From positions 2,496,001-2,560,000 of the forward strand of contig CBDCDZ010000004.1 in assembly GCA_965215565.1 (NCBI GenBank): a DNA stretch of 64,000 nt, written 5' to 3'. The first letter of the stretch is position 1, and each line of letters starts with the position of its first letter. This DNA comes from Trueperaceae bacterium (GTDB lineage Bacteria; Deinococcota; Deinococci; Deinococcales; Trueperaceae). The notes under the pieces are model-generated. The model did not search any database. It was given only the letters and a program-made list of their open reading frames with translations, and was not told the origin of the DNA. The position numbers and the translations under genes are program-made. Shown one piece after another: positions 10,078-17,950 of the stretch.

Positions 10078-12087
10078 ATGTCACCAGTGAACCGTTCATC
10101 CAAAGTAGCAAGCAAAGTAGTCAACACCCTTCTCACCCCAACCAATACTCAAACCAATACCCAAGCCGACACCCCAACGTCTGCCCGCGCCGCCAGACTC
10201 AAGCGCTACACCCGCTTAGGTCTTTTAGCCGCGAGCGCCTTTTTGTTCAGCGCTTGCAGCAGCGTCGAGACGCCCGAGCTAGAAGCGCAGGGCAGCGTCA
10301 AGTACATCAAGATGCGCGTCGCCTCTGACCGTGATGACGCCGAAGAGCGCGCCTCGGGCAAAGTCGTGACCTCTAGCACCGACTTAGAACTCACCTATGA
10401 TGTGAAGCGCGGTCAGCAGCTCGTGGGCGTGCGCTTTACCAACCTCAAGATTCCCCAGGGTGCCAAGATTCGCCGCGCCGAGGTGCGCTTCACCGCCGAC
10501 GAGATCGACAGAGGTGCGCTTAAGCTCAAGGTGTACGCCGACGACAGCGACAACGCCGCGCGCTTTGAGGAGAAGTCCCGCAACCTCTCTAAGCGCCCAG
10601 CCACCGCCGCCAAGGTGCGCTGGCAGCCCCAGGACTGGCGCAAGGTGGGCGAGCGCGGCGGCAAGCAGTTCACGCCCAACGTTGCGCCCCTGCTGCAAGA
10701 GGTGGTCAACCGCCGGGGCTGGCAGAGCGGCAACGCCTTCGCCGTGCTTTTCAGCAGCGAGAGCAAGCGCAACAAGCGTGTCGCCGAGTCCTACCGCGGC
10801 AACAAGCGCGCCGCCCCACAACTCTACGTCGAGTACATCCCCAGCAGCGCTGGTCCGAGTGCCCCTACGCCCAGCCCTGCACCTAGCCCTGCACCCAGCC
10901 CCGAGCCTCAGCCTGTCGCCGCGGCGAAGTCCGCTCTATACGTCTCGCCCACGGGCTCTGACAAGAACGACGGGCGGAGTGCCAAGAAGCCCCTCCAGAC
11001 CCTCGGGCAAGCGGCGAAGCTCGTCAAGCCGGGCGACACGGTCTACTTGCGCAGCGGCGTGCACAAGGGCTACCTCAGCAAGTCCTTTGAGACCGACGGC
11101 AGCAAAGACAAGCCCATCACCATCACCAGCTATCCTGGCGAGCGTGCCATCATCGACGGCAAGTCCCGCCACTGGAAAAACTACAAGAGCGTTTCCAACC
11201 CCACGCTTTTTAGAATCGCCGCCGACTACTACACGGTCCAGAACCTCACCTTCCGCCACGGAGCGGGGCGCGGGCTCTACCTCAAGGGTGACCACATCAG
11301 CGTGCGCAACGTCTTATCGCACAACCACCACAGCGACGGCATCTACTTACTAGGGGACTACGGCACCTTTGAAGACAGTGTTTCGCACTCCAACAACAGC
11401 TATCAGAACGGGGGCGAATCCGCTGACGGCATCAAGATCGCTGCGGGCACCAAGCACGTCGTGCGCAACTTTTTAGCCTACAACAACTCCGACGACGGCA
11501 TCGACGTCTTCTGCGGCAGCAGGTCTTTAGTCGAGTACAGCGTTGCGCACTCCAACGGGGCCGGGCATTCCGGTGACGGCAACGGGTTCAAGTTGGGTTG
11601 CCGCCGCACCGACAACAGCCAGAACATCGTTCGTTACAACGTCGCCTACAAAAACCGTGCCAACAACTTTGACGGCAACAGTGGAGGCGGGCTCACCATG
11701 CTCCACAACACCTCCTGGAAAGCGGGTGCCCACGGCTTCATCGCTTACGCTCCTAAGAGCAGTGGCAAAGCCCCCAACGTCCTCAAGAACAACCTCAGCT
11801 TTCAGGACAAGAAGACCAAGGGCATGAGCCGCGACGACAAGAGCAGCCACAACTCCTGGGACTTAAACATCAACAACCCCGACTTCACCAGCCTCAGCCC
11901 CTCCAACAAGAGCTTCTTGAAGTTAAGCTCCTCCTCCAAAGCTATTGACGCAGGCGTCAAGCTCAACCTCGCCTTCCAGGGCAAAGCCCCTGACCTAGGT
12001 GCCCTAGAAGGCAAGCAGAGCATCGCCTCGCTCTTAGGTGAAACCGTTAAAAAGTTACAAGGCGGGGGGCAGTTGGCAAGTAGGTAG
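10078..12087 (+). CDS. Lipoprotein with N-terminal beta-sandwich domain, Pro-rich linker and right-handed beta-helix (PL9 pectate lyase-like)
   Basis: Lipobox LFSAC; YVSPTGSD.NDG start of beta-helix; ADGIK, NSDDGID, GDGNGFKLG motifs; C-terminal APDLGALE. Start set at ATG 10078 after AGGGAG. Confidence 0.75.
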   Translation: MSPVNRSSKVASKVVNTLLTPTNTQTNTQADTPTSARAARLKRYTRLGLLAASAFLFSACSSVETPELEAQGSVKYIKMRVASDRDDAEERASGKVVTSSTDLELTYDVKRGQQLVGVRFTNLKIPQGAKIRRAEVRFTADEIDRGALKLKVYADDSDNAARFEEKSRNLSKRPATAAKVRWQPQDWRKVGERGGKQFTPNVAPLLQEVVNRRGWQSGNAFAVLFSSESKRNKRVAESYRGNKRAAPQLYVEYIPSSAGPSAPTPSPAPSPAPSPEPQPVAAAKSALYVSPTGSDKNDGRSAKKPLQTLGQAAKLVKPGDTVYLRSGVHKGYLSKSFETDGSKDKPITITSYPGERAIIDGKSRHWKNYKSVSNPTLFRIAADYYTVQNLTFRHGAGRGLYLKGDHISVRNVLSHNHHSDGIYLLGDYGTFEDSVSHSNNSYQNGGESADGIKIAAGTKHVVRNFLAYNNSDDGIDVFCGSRSLVEYSVAHSNGAGHSGDGNGFKLGCRRTDNSQNIVRYNVAYKNRANNFDGNSGGGLTMLHNTSWKAGAHGFIAYAPKSSGKAPNVLKNNLSFQDKKTKGMSRDDKSSHNSWDLNINNPDFTSLSPSNKSFLKLSSSSKAIDAGVKLNLAFQGKAPDLGALEGKQSIASLLGETVKKLQGGGQLASR

Positions 12088-12117
12088 GAAGGGGGAAGAA
12101 GAAAATCTAGAAGAGGT

Positions 12118-12157
12118 AAAGCGAGAGGGCGTCCACGTGGGACGCCCTCTCGCTTTT
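12118..12157. terminator. Bidirectional intrinsic terminator
   Basis: AAAGCGAGAGGGCGTCC-ACGTG-GGACGCCCTCTCGCTTTT between convergent genes. Confidence 0.9.
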
Positions 12158-12193
12158 GATGCGGTCTTCTTTGAAGTTTCGCTTTGGGCCCCT

Positions 12194-14131
12194 CTACTTG
12201 GCCATTCCAGCCGGCAACACCGTGTCCTCTCGCTCCGAGAGGTTTTGGATGCGCGTGTCTTCGGCGACGTCGGTGTCAGGCTGTGTCACCGGGCTGACCT
12301 CTCCCAAGTATTGCTGCAACGCCGCTTGCTCGGCTGTGTCTAAATCTTGCCTGTCCGTATCTGGGAAGGGGTAGGCGTCGCCACCGTCTGCTAAGAAGCC
12401 TAACGTCACTGTGCGGATAGGGCGCTCTGGGTCGCCGACGACAGCACCGTTCTCCACGATGACGTCCTTGACCTCACCGCTGTCATCGAGCAAAACCACG
12501 TTCTGCACGCGCTGACCCTCGCTCACGACGTTGCCCTCTTCATCCACCTCGCTGGGCGGCAAGCGCGGATCGAACGAAAAGGCTAAGCCGCCGACTTGCG
12601 GGAACTGCCCCGGCGTCGCGCCGGGCTCCACCGCTGCGACGCCGTGCTCCAAAATCTGCTTCAACTCCTGCGCGGTGAGCGTGAGGAGCGTCAAGTCGTT
12701 GTCGAAGCGCAGCGCGTTCTGGATGTCGAGCTGCGAGATGTCACCTTCTTGCTTGTCGGTGAGCGGGTTGGCTCGAGGTGGCACGCGCTCGCCCGCGTCA
12801 CCCGGCAAAACCGCGCCAATCGCCGCGCGGATGCCGCCGCCGTTTTTGATCGACACGGCTGTGTCAGGGTCCGTTTCTCTGGCAACGGCTAAGTTCGCGT
12901 CCGCCGTGAGGTTGCCCAAGTTCGTCTCCTGCGTACGCACCGCCTCACGCAGACCGTTCAGATAGACTTCGGTGCTGCCGAAAATCTCGCCGTCGAGTTC
13001 TTCGATGATGGTGCGCACGTCGGCGACCGCCTCCAACACGCCCTCAGCCGGGGCTTCGTCGCCCGTCTCGGCGACGCCCTGTTCGTCAGTCGCGTACACG
13101 CCGCTCTCCTCGCCGATACTGACCAACACACCCGCGCTGTTAAAGCCTGCGATCAGCCGTCCGACGTAGCGGTACTCGCGGCTGGTATTGACCAACGCGA
13201 CGGGCTCGCCTGAAGCGGAGGTGTAGAGCAGCGGGTAGTTGCCTCTACGCTCGTCGCCCTGGCGCAATCTATTGTTTGGCGTCGCAAGCAGCGTGTCCGA
13301 GCCGCCCGCGATCATGATGTCGACGCCCGAGAGCATCTGCGCTAGGTCAATTTCATTCTCGAGCTGCTGCAAATGCGCCAAAACGACGATCTTACTGATA
13401 CCGCGAGAGGTCAAGTCGTCGATAGCGGGCTGGACGATCTGCGCGAGCGCCTGCATATCCTGTTGGGCGCGTGGCGACACGCCCACGTCGCCCGGCGAGG
13501 AGATGCTAGGCAGTTGCGGCGTGGTGACGCCGACGACGCCGAACGTTTCGCCGCCCTCGGTGATGATCACGCTGCCCGCGATACTGTTCGGCACACTCGA
13601 CGCCTCTTGTCCGTCCGGCACGACGAAGTCGCCCAGGTTGCTACCGCTAAAGTCCAGGTTGGTGCTGAGATACGGAAACGTCGCGCCGGGGTAGCCGTCC
13701 TCTTCGTCAGCGGCGATGAGGTCTTCCACCACGTCCGTACCCAAGTCGAACTCGTGGTTGCCGAAGGCGGCGGCTTGAAACCCGACTGCGTTGTTGATGC
13801 GGATGTCGGCGCTGCCCGAGGTCGCGCTGAAAAAAGGACCGGGGATGTAGAGGTCGCCCGACGAGAGGATGAGCGTGAGACCGTAGTCCCCCTCGAGCCC
13901 GTTGATCACCGAAGAGAAGCGCGGCGCGTCTTCGGTAGCAGCCACCGCGCCCTCTTGGTCGCTGGCGTGAAGAATCTGCACAACGACCTCGGCGTCGCCC
14001 TCCAAGGGTCCCCTGGTGCTCTGAAACGGCAAGCTCGGGTCATCGGTAGGTTGAGAGGTGCTAGGCGCGCACGCGGCGAGCGCGAGGATAAGTGCGAAAA
14101 AGAGGTTGAGATGTAAACGTCGTTGCTGCAT
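12194..14131 (-). CDS. Lipoprotein bifunctional metallophosphatase / 5'-nucleotidase
   Basis: Lipobox LAAC; LHASDQEG, SSGD, GNHEFD, VRTQETNLGNL, NGGGIR, GQFPQV, GGDAY motifs. Confidence 0.9.
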   Translation of the reverse strand: MQQRRLHLNLFFALILALAACAPSTSQPTDDPSLPFQSTRGPLEGDAEVVVQILHASDQEGAVAATEDAPRFSSVINGLEGDYGLTLILSSGDLYIPGPFFSATSGSADIRINNAVGFQAAAFGNHEFDLGTDVVEDLIAADEEDGYPGATFPYLSTNLDFSGSNLGDFVVPDGQEASSVPNSIAGSVIITEGGETFGVVGVTTPQLPSISSPGDVGVSPRAQQDMQALAQIVQPAIDDLTSRGISKIVVLAHLQQLENEIDLAQMLSGVDIMIAGGSDTLLATPNNRLRQGDERRGNYPLLYTSASGEPVALVNTSREYRYVGRLIAGFNSAGVLVSIGEESGVYATDEQGVAETGDEAPAEGVLEAVADVRTIIEELDGEIFGSTEVYLNGLREAVRTQETNLGNLTADANLAVARETDPDTAVSIKNGGGIRAAIGAVLPGDAGERVPPRANPLTDKQEGDISQLDIQNALRFDNDLTLLTLTAQELKQILEHGVAAVEPGATPGQFPQVGGLAFSFDPRLPPSEVDEEGNVVSEGQRVQNVVLLDDSGEVKDVIVENGAVVGDPERPIRTVTLGFLADGGDAYPFPDTDRQDLDTAEQAALQQYLGEVSPVTQPDTDVAEDTRIQNLSEREDTVLPAGMAK

Positions 14132-14292
14132 AGATGCCTCCTAAGTGGTGGTTTTCACATTTGATAGTACCTTACGGAACGGCGTTCGAGCTACGGTAAG
14201 AGTAGAGGCGCGGGTTAATGAAAAGGGCAAGCGGCAATCTAAAAGCAACGAGCGACGAGGTCGTGAGGTCTACGCTTGCAGTAGAGTGAAGC

Positions 14293-15381
14293 GTGGCTAA
14301 AAAGTTGCGCCCCAAGCGTCTCTCGAAACGGGTATCCGAGCGGAAGAAGCGCCGCCCGACTCCAAATCAGAAGAGCGGCGCGCAGAACTACGAAGCCGAA
14401 GTTTTAGAGGGGCTCGTCCCTTTTGCGGCGCGCGAATTGAAAGAGGTCGAGGGTCTTCACATCACCTCTCAAGACGCAACTTCGGTACAGTTCCGCTTTC
14501 CCGGTCCTCCCCAAGCGCTACAAAAGCTGCGCAAGGTAGTCGCGGTGTATCGCCTCGAGACCTTCCGCGTCCCCCGTCCTAAAGCGCTTTTAGGTCACGA
14601 ACACTTGACCAAGCTCCTCGGCGTAGTCGAAGAGGTTAAAGGACAGGACACGTTTTCGAGCTTCCGTATAGGCGCGGCGGGCAGCGGCTCGGCGGTGTTC
14701 GCGCGGCTCGCCAGGGAGATAGAAAGAGGTGCGGGGCTGCGCTTCGACGCCGAGGAAGGCGATTTGCTCCTGCGCATAAGGAGATCGAAAGAGGGCTGGG
14801 ACATCCTCTTTAGAACGAGCGCGAGGCCGCTCTCGAGCCGTCCTTGGCGCGTCTGTAACCTAGCGGGCGGCCTCAACGCAACCTTGGCGGCGGCGATGCT
14901 CGAACTTGTCGGCGCAGAGCCAGAAGATCGTTTTTTCAACGCCATGTGCGGCTCGGGCACGCTCCTGATCGAGAGAGGTTTGGGGCAAGCGGCGCGGCTC
15001 GTCGGTTGTGACGTGAGCGGTGAGGCGTTGGCGTGCTCGAGCGAGAATATTCAGGCGAGCCACCTCTCCAGCGCCGAACTTTTGCAAGCTGACGCAACCT
15101 CTTTACCCTTCGGTGATTCGTCGTTCGACATTATCGTAGCGGACGTTCCCTGGGGTGACGTGGTGGGAACGCACGCGGGCAACGCGGCGCTCTATCCCGC
15201 TTTTTTAGCAGAAGCGGCGAGAGTTGCAGCGCCGGGGGCGCGGCTCGCCGTTCTCACGCACGAAATCAAGCTCTTCGAAGAGGTGCTAGCTAGTTTTAGC
15301 GAGGTGTGGCACCTCAGGGAGACGGTGCGCGTCTTTCACGGCGGGCATTACCCGCGCATCTACCTCTTGGCTCGAGCTTGA
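14293..15381 (+). CDS. THUMP-associated RNA (guanine-N2) methyltransferase, TrmN/Trm14-like
   Basis: LNATLAAAM, MCGSGTLLIE SAM-binding motif, DVPWG (NPPY-equivalent). Confidence 0.7.
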   Translation: MAKKLRPKRLSKRVSERKKRRPTPNQKSGAQNYEAEVLEGLVPFAARELKEVEGLHITSQDATSVQFRFPGPPQALQKLRKVVAVYRLETFRVPRPKALLGHEHLTKLLGVVEEVKGQDTFSSFRIGAAGSGSAVFARLAREIERGAGLRFDAEEGDLLLRIRRSKEGWDILFRTSARPLSSRPWRVCNLAGGLNATLAAAMLELVGAEPEDRFFNAMCGSGTLLIERGLGQAARLVGCDVSGEALACSSENIQASHLSSAELLQADATSLPFGDSSFDIIVADVPWGDVVGTHAGNAALYPAFLAEAARVAAPGARLAVLTHEIKLFEEVLASFSEVWHLRETVRVFHGGHYPRIYLLARA

Positions 15382-15484
15382 TGGCGCGCACTCAGTGCTC
15401 CACGTTCCACTGAGAAGAGGGACGCAAAATGTTCGGCAGATTTGTGCGTTTCGTCCATTGGTCTTTGTCTGGCGAGATACCCCT

Positions 15485-15577
15485 AAAAGTTGGTTGAGCA
15501 AGGTGCTGTGTAGAGGAATAGAGAATACAGCACGGGAGCCTGTATCCCTCTTTCACTTAGCTAGTCAACCGACTTTT
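15485..15577. repeat. Intergenic element bounded by 13-bp inverted repeats
   Basis: AAAAGTTGGTTGA ... TCAACCGACTTTT (one mismatch), with an inner GTGCTGT/ACAGCAC hairpin. Confidence 0.55.
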
Positions 15578-15611
15578 CGTGCAACCTCTTGTCTGGCTGT
15601 CTGGCAGGCTT

Positions 15612-15640
15612 TTGCGCAAGCAGCCCATTCGTGCTACACT
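15612..15640 (+). promoter_or_regulatory. Sigma70-type promoter of rpmB
   Basis: TTGCGC-N17-TACACT with extended -10 TG. Confidence 0.6.
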
Positions 15641-15702
15641 CTTTAAGTTTGCACGTCCCTTAACGGGCGTGTTTTTAATCAGGTCTTTTCTCGAGGTGAA
15701 AC

Positions 15703-15930
15703 ATGGCAAAAGTATGTGAAATTTGCGGCAAAAAGCCGATCATGGGCCGCGACGTGGTCCAGAGCGGTAAAGCCAAGCGCGAAGGCGGCGTCGGGCGCAA
15801 AACGACAGGCATCACCAAAAAGTGGAAGCTCCCGAACCTGCAGCGCGTCAAAATCTACCGGAGCGGCAACGCCCACACGATACGCGCCTGCACGAGCTGC
15901 ATCCGCGCAGGTAAAACGCTCACGGTTTAA
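15703..15930 (+). CDS. rpmB: 50S ribosomal protein L28 (Zn-ribbon type)
   Basis: MAKVCEICGKKP...PNLQ...CTSCIRAGK, with the Deinococcota-type GKAKREGGVG insert. Confidence 0.97.
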   Translation: MAKVCEICGKKPIMGRDVVQSGKAKREGGVGRKTTGITKKWKLPNLQRVKIYRSGNAHTIRACTSCIRAGKTLTV

Positions 15931-15967
15931 TCGTTGTCGTTGCTCAAAGCAGTAAGCTCAAACCAGT

Positions 15968-16009
15968 GAAAAAGTCGAGGCACGCTCTAGCGCGCGCCTC
16001 GACTTTTTC
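15968..16009 (+). terminator. Intrinsic terminator after rpmB
   Basis: GAAAAAGTCGAGGC...GCCTCGACTTTTTC. Confidence 0.88.
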
Positions 16010-16202
16010 TATTCTCTTAGCGGCGTCTCATTAGAAAGAAGCACCCCCGTGATAAATTGATGGTGTGATTCGGAACTGCACGCTTCGCTTATCCCTACTG
16101 AGAGCGTTTGAACTTACCCTCGCAGATGGGTGTGACTTGGTTTTACAAACTAAGTCACGCAACCTCGTATGAGTTCTCACCTTTTGATCGAGTCGGGGCG
16201 CA

Positions 16203-17660
16203 ATGGCTAGAGACATCACCGCTTTCGAAATCGTCTGGCGCAACCCCTGGGTCCGCGCGATAACTTACGCCGTAGCGATTACGGCGACGATTTATCTGCT
16301 CTTCGCGTACATATTGCCGGGCGCAGCCACCGCGTTTCAAGTTGCGATCATCGGCTTTGTCATCGCGTACATTCTCAATCCGCTCGTAATGGGGCTTAAA
16401 CGCTTGCGCATCCCCCGGACCATCGCAGTCATTCTCGTTTACCTGGCGCTGCTCGCGGTGCTCGTGTTGGGCTCGGTGCTCATCACGCAAGTCGTCACCG
16501 ATATCAGCCGCTTCGCCCGCTTTATCCCGGACGCCTTGGGAAATATCACGATGCTGCTGGGGCAAGCGGCGGCGTGGTTCTCCGGGTTGAGCGAAAACGT
16601 ACCCGACTTTATCGCGAACCGCTTTGGCGACGGTGCGGCGTCTGGCGGGGCGGAGATAGGCGGCGCAGCGGACACATCTGCTGCGCCGGACGGTGCGGCG
16701 GGTGGATCAGGGGACACGTCCAATGGCGACATCGCCCAGCGCGTCGAAGAGGCGGTCCAGAACCTCTTGACGCAAGCGGCAACCTCATTGGAAGCGGGTC
16801 TCCAAGAATTTATCAGCAACAGCGGCAACATCCTCCTCTCCGGCGGCGGCACCTTTATCTCCGGGGTGACGACGGTCTTCTCCACTACCTTTCAAATCTT
16901 CTTGATCCTTTTAGCGGGCGCGTACTTTCTCTACGACTTCCCAAAAATCACCGCGAACTTCCGGCGCTACGTGCCGCTGCGCTACCGCCCCTTCTACAGC
17001 GGCGTCGCTCAAAAGGTGGACCGCACCGTCGGCGGTTACTTGCGCGGGCAGCTCATCGTCATGCTCGCTATCGGCATCTTGCTCTGGATAGGTTTAGAAC
17101 TCGTCGGCGTGCCCTCCGCACCCTCGATTAGCTTTTTGGCGGCGATTTTCAACATCATCCCCTACCTGGGACCGATCATCGGCGTCGTTCCAGCCGTGCT
17201 TCTCTCCTTTACGACGGGCGCACCCCTGACCACCGCCATCCTCGCGGTGGTCGTCTTCGTCGTCGCCAACCAGATCGAGGGTAACTTCTTGTCGCCCCTC
17301 ATCTTGTCGAAATCTACGAACTTACACCCCGTCACGGTTTTCATCGCCATCATCGCGGGCTTCGGTCTGTTCGGGCTGGTGGGCGGTCTGCTCGCCGTAC
17401 CGACGGTGGCGCTCGCAAAGGTGCTTATCGAGTCGTACCTGCTAACCCGCCCGGCTTACACGGGCGAAGGCAAAAGCGCCGAAGAGGTCGCGGGCGGGGC
17501 GGAGGATGTAGCGCTCACGAAGCGGGAGCGGCAGATAGAGGCTGTTGCAGCGTATGAGAACGAGGACGAACGAGACGAGGCAGCGCGCGAGATAGGCGCA
17601 AAGCGTGAACGTCCCTTGCCGCGCGGCGAGACCAAGCCGGGGACTGAAACAGGTGACTAG
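16203..17660 (+). CDS. AI-2E family transporter
   Basis: Multiple TM helices; GYLRGQ, IPYLGP, QIEGN.LSP, LHPV, LLAVP motifs. Confidence 0.92.
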   Translation: MARDITAFEIVWRNPWVRAITYAVAITATIYLLFAYILPGAATAFQVAIIGFVIAYILNPLVMGLKRLRIPRTIAVILVYLALLAVLVLGSVLITQVVTDISRFARFIPDALGNITMLLGQAAAWFSGLSENVPDFIANRFGDGAASGGAEIGGAADTSAAPDGAAGGSGDTSNGDIAQRVEEAVQNLLTQAATSLEAGLQEFISNSGNILLSGGGTFISGVTTVFSTTFQIFLILLAGAYFLYDFPKITANFRRYVPLRYRPFYSGVAQKVDRTVGGYLRGQLIVMLAIGILLWIGLELVGVPSAPSISFLAAIFNIIPYLGPIIGVVPAVLLSFTTGAPLTTAILAVVVFVVANQIEGNFLSPLILSKSTNLHPVTVFIAIIAGFGLFGLVGGLLAVPTVALAKVLIESYLLTRPAYTGEGKSAEEVAGGAEDVALTKRERQIEAVAAYENEDERDEAAREIGAKRERPLPRGETKPGTETGD

Positions 17661-17808
17661 GCTCTGTTGACTTTTCAAACTATCCTCCATATTGCTGCAC
17701 GCAAGAAGTAGGAATCAAGAAGTAAGAAGACACCAAAGTACATCCGTTTACCCTGTCTGTGGGGGCAATAAGCAATTTTCTTAAAGGGCGAACGTCAACG
17801 CGACCTAG
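17657..17808. mobile_element. Putative non-autonomous MITE, about 150 bp
   Basis: CTAGGCTCTGTTGAC ... GTCAACGCGACCTAG imperfect terminal inverted repeats with CTAG at both ends; AT-rich interior; starts at the stop codon of the upstream gene. Confidence 0.55.
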
Positions 17809-17950
17809 AAAGAGACGCGCCACCCAAAGACGAGCCTCCCGTTGAAAGCCGCTATACTCAAACGCTCATGATGCGCCACTACCTTAAAATACACTGAATA
17901 AGCTATGAAGCTTCTTGCTTAGCACCCTCCGCAACGCGGTAGACTAGCGT

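Noticed and set aside
15415..15460. GGGACGCAAA resembling part of a c-di-GMP-I riboswitch
   Set aside because: The upstream GGCAAAC/GNRA stem and downstream P3 elements are missing.
16031..16150. Possible repeat or sRNA after the rpmB terminator
   Set aside because: Only weak terminal complementarity and no second copy in the window.
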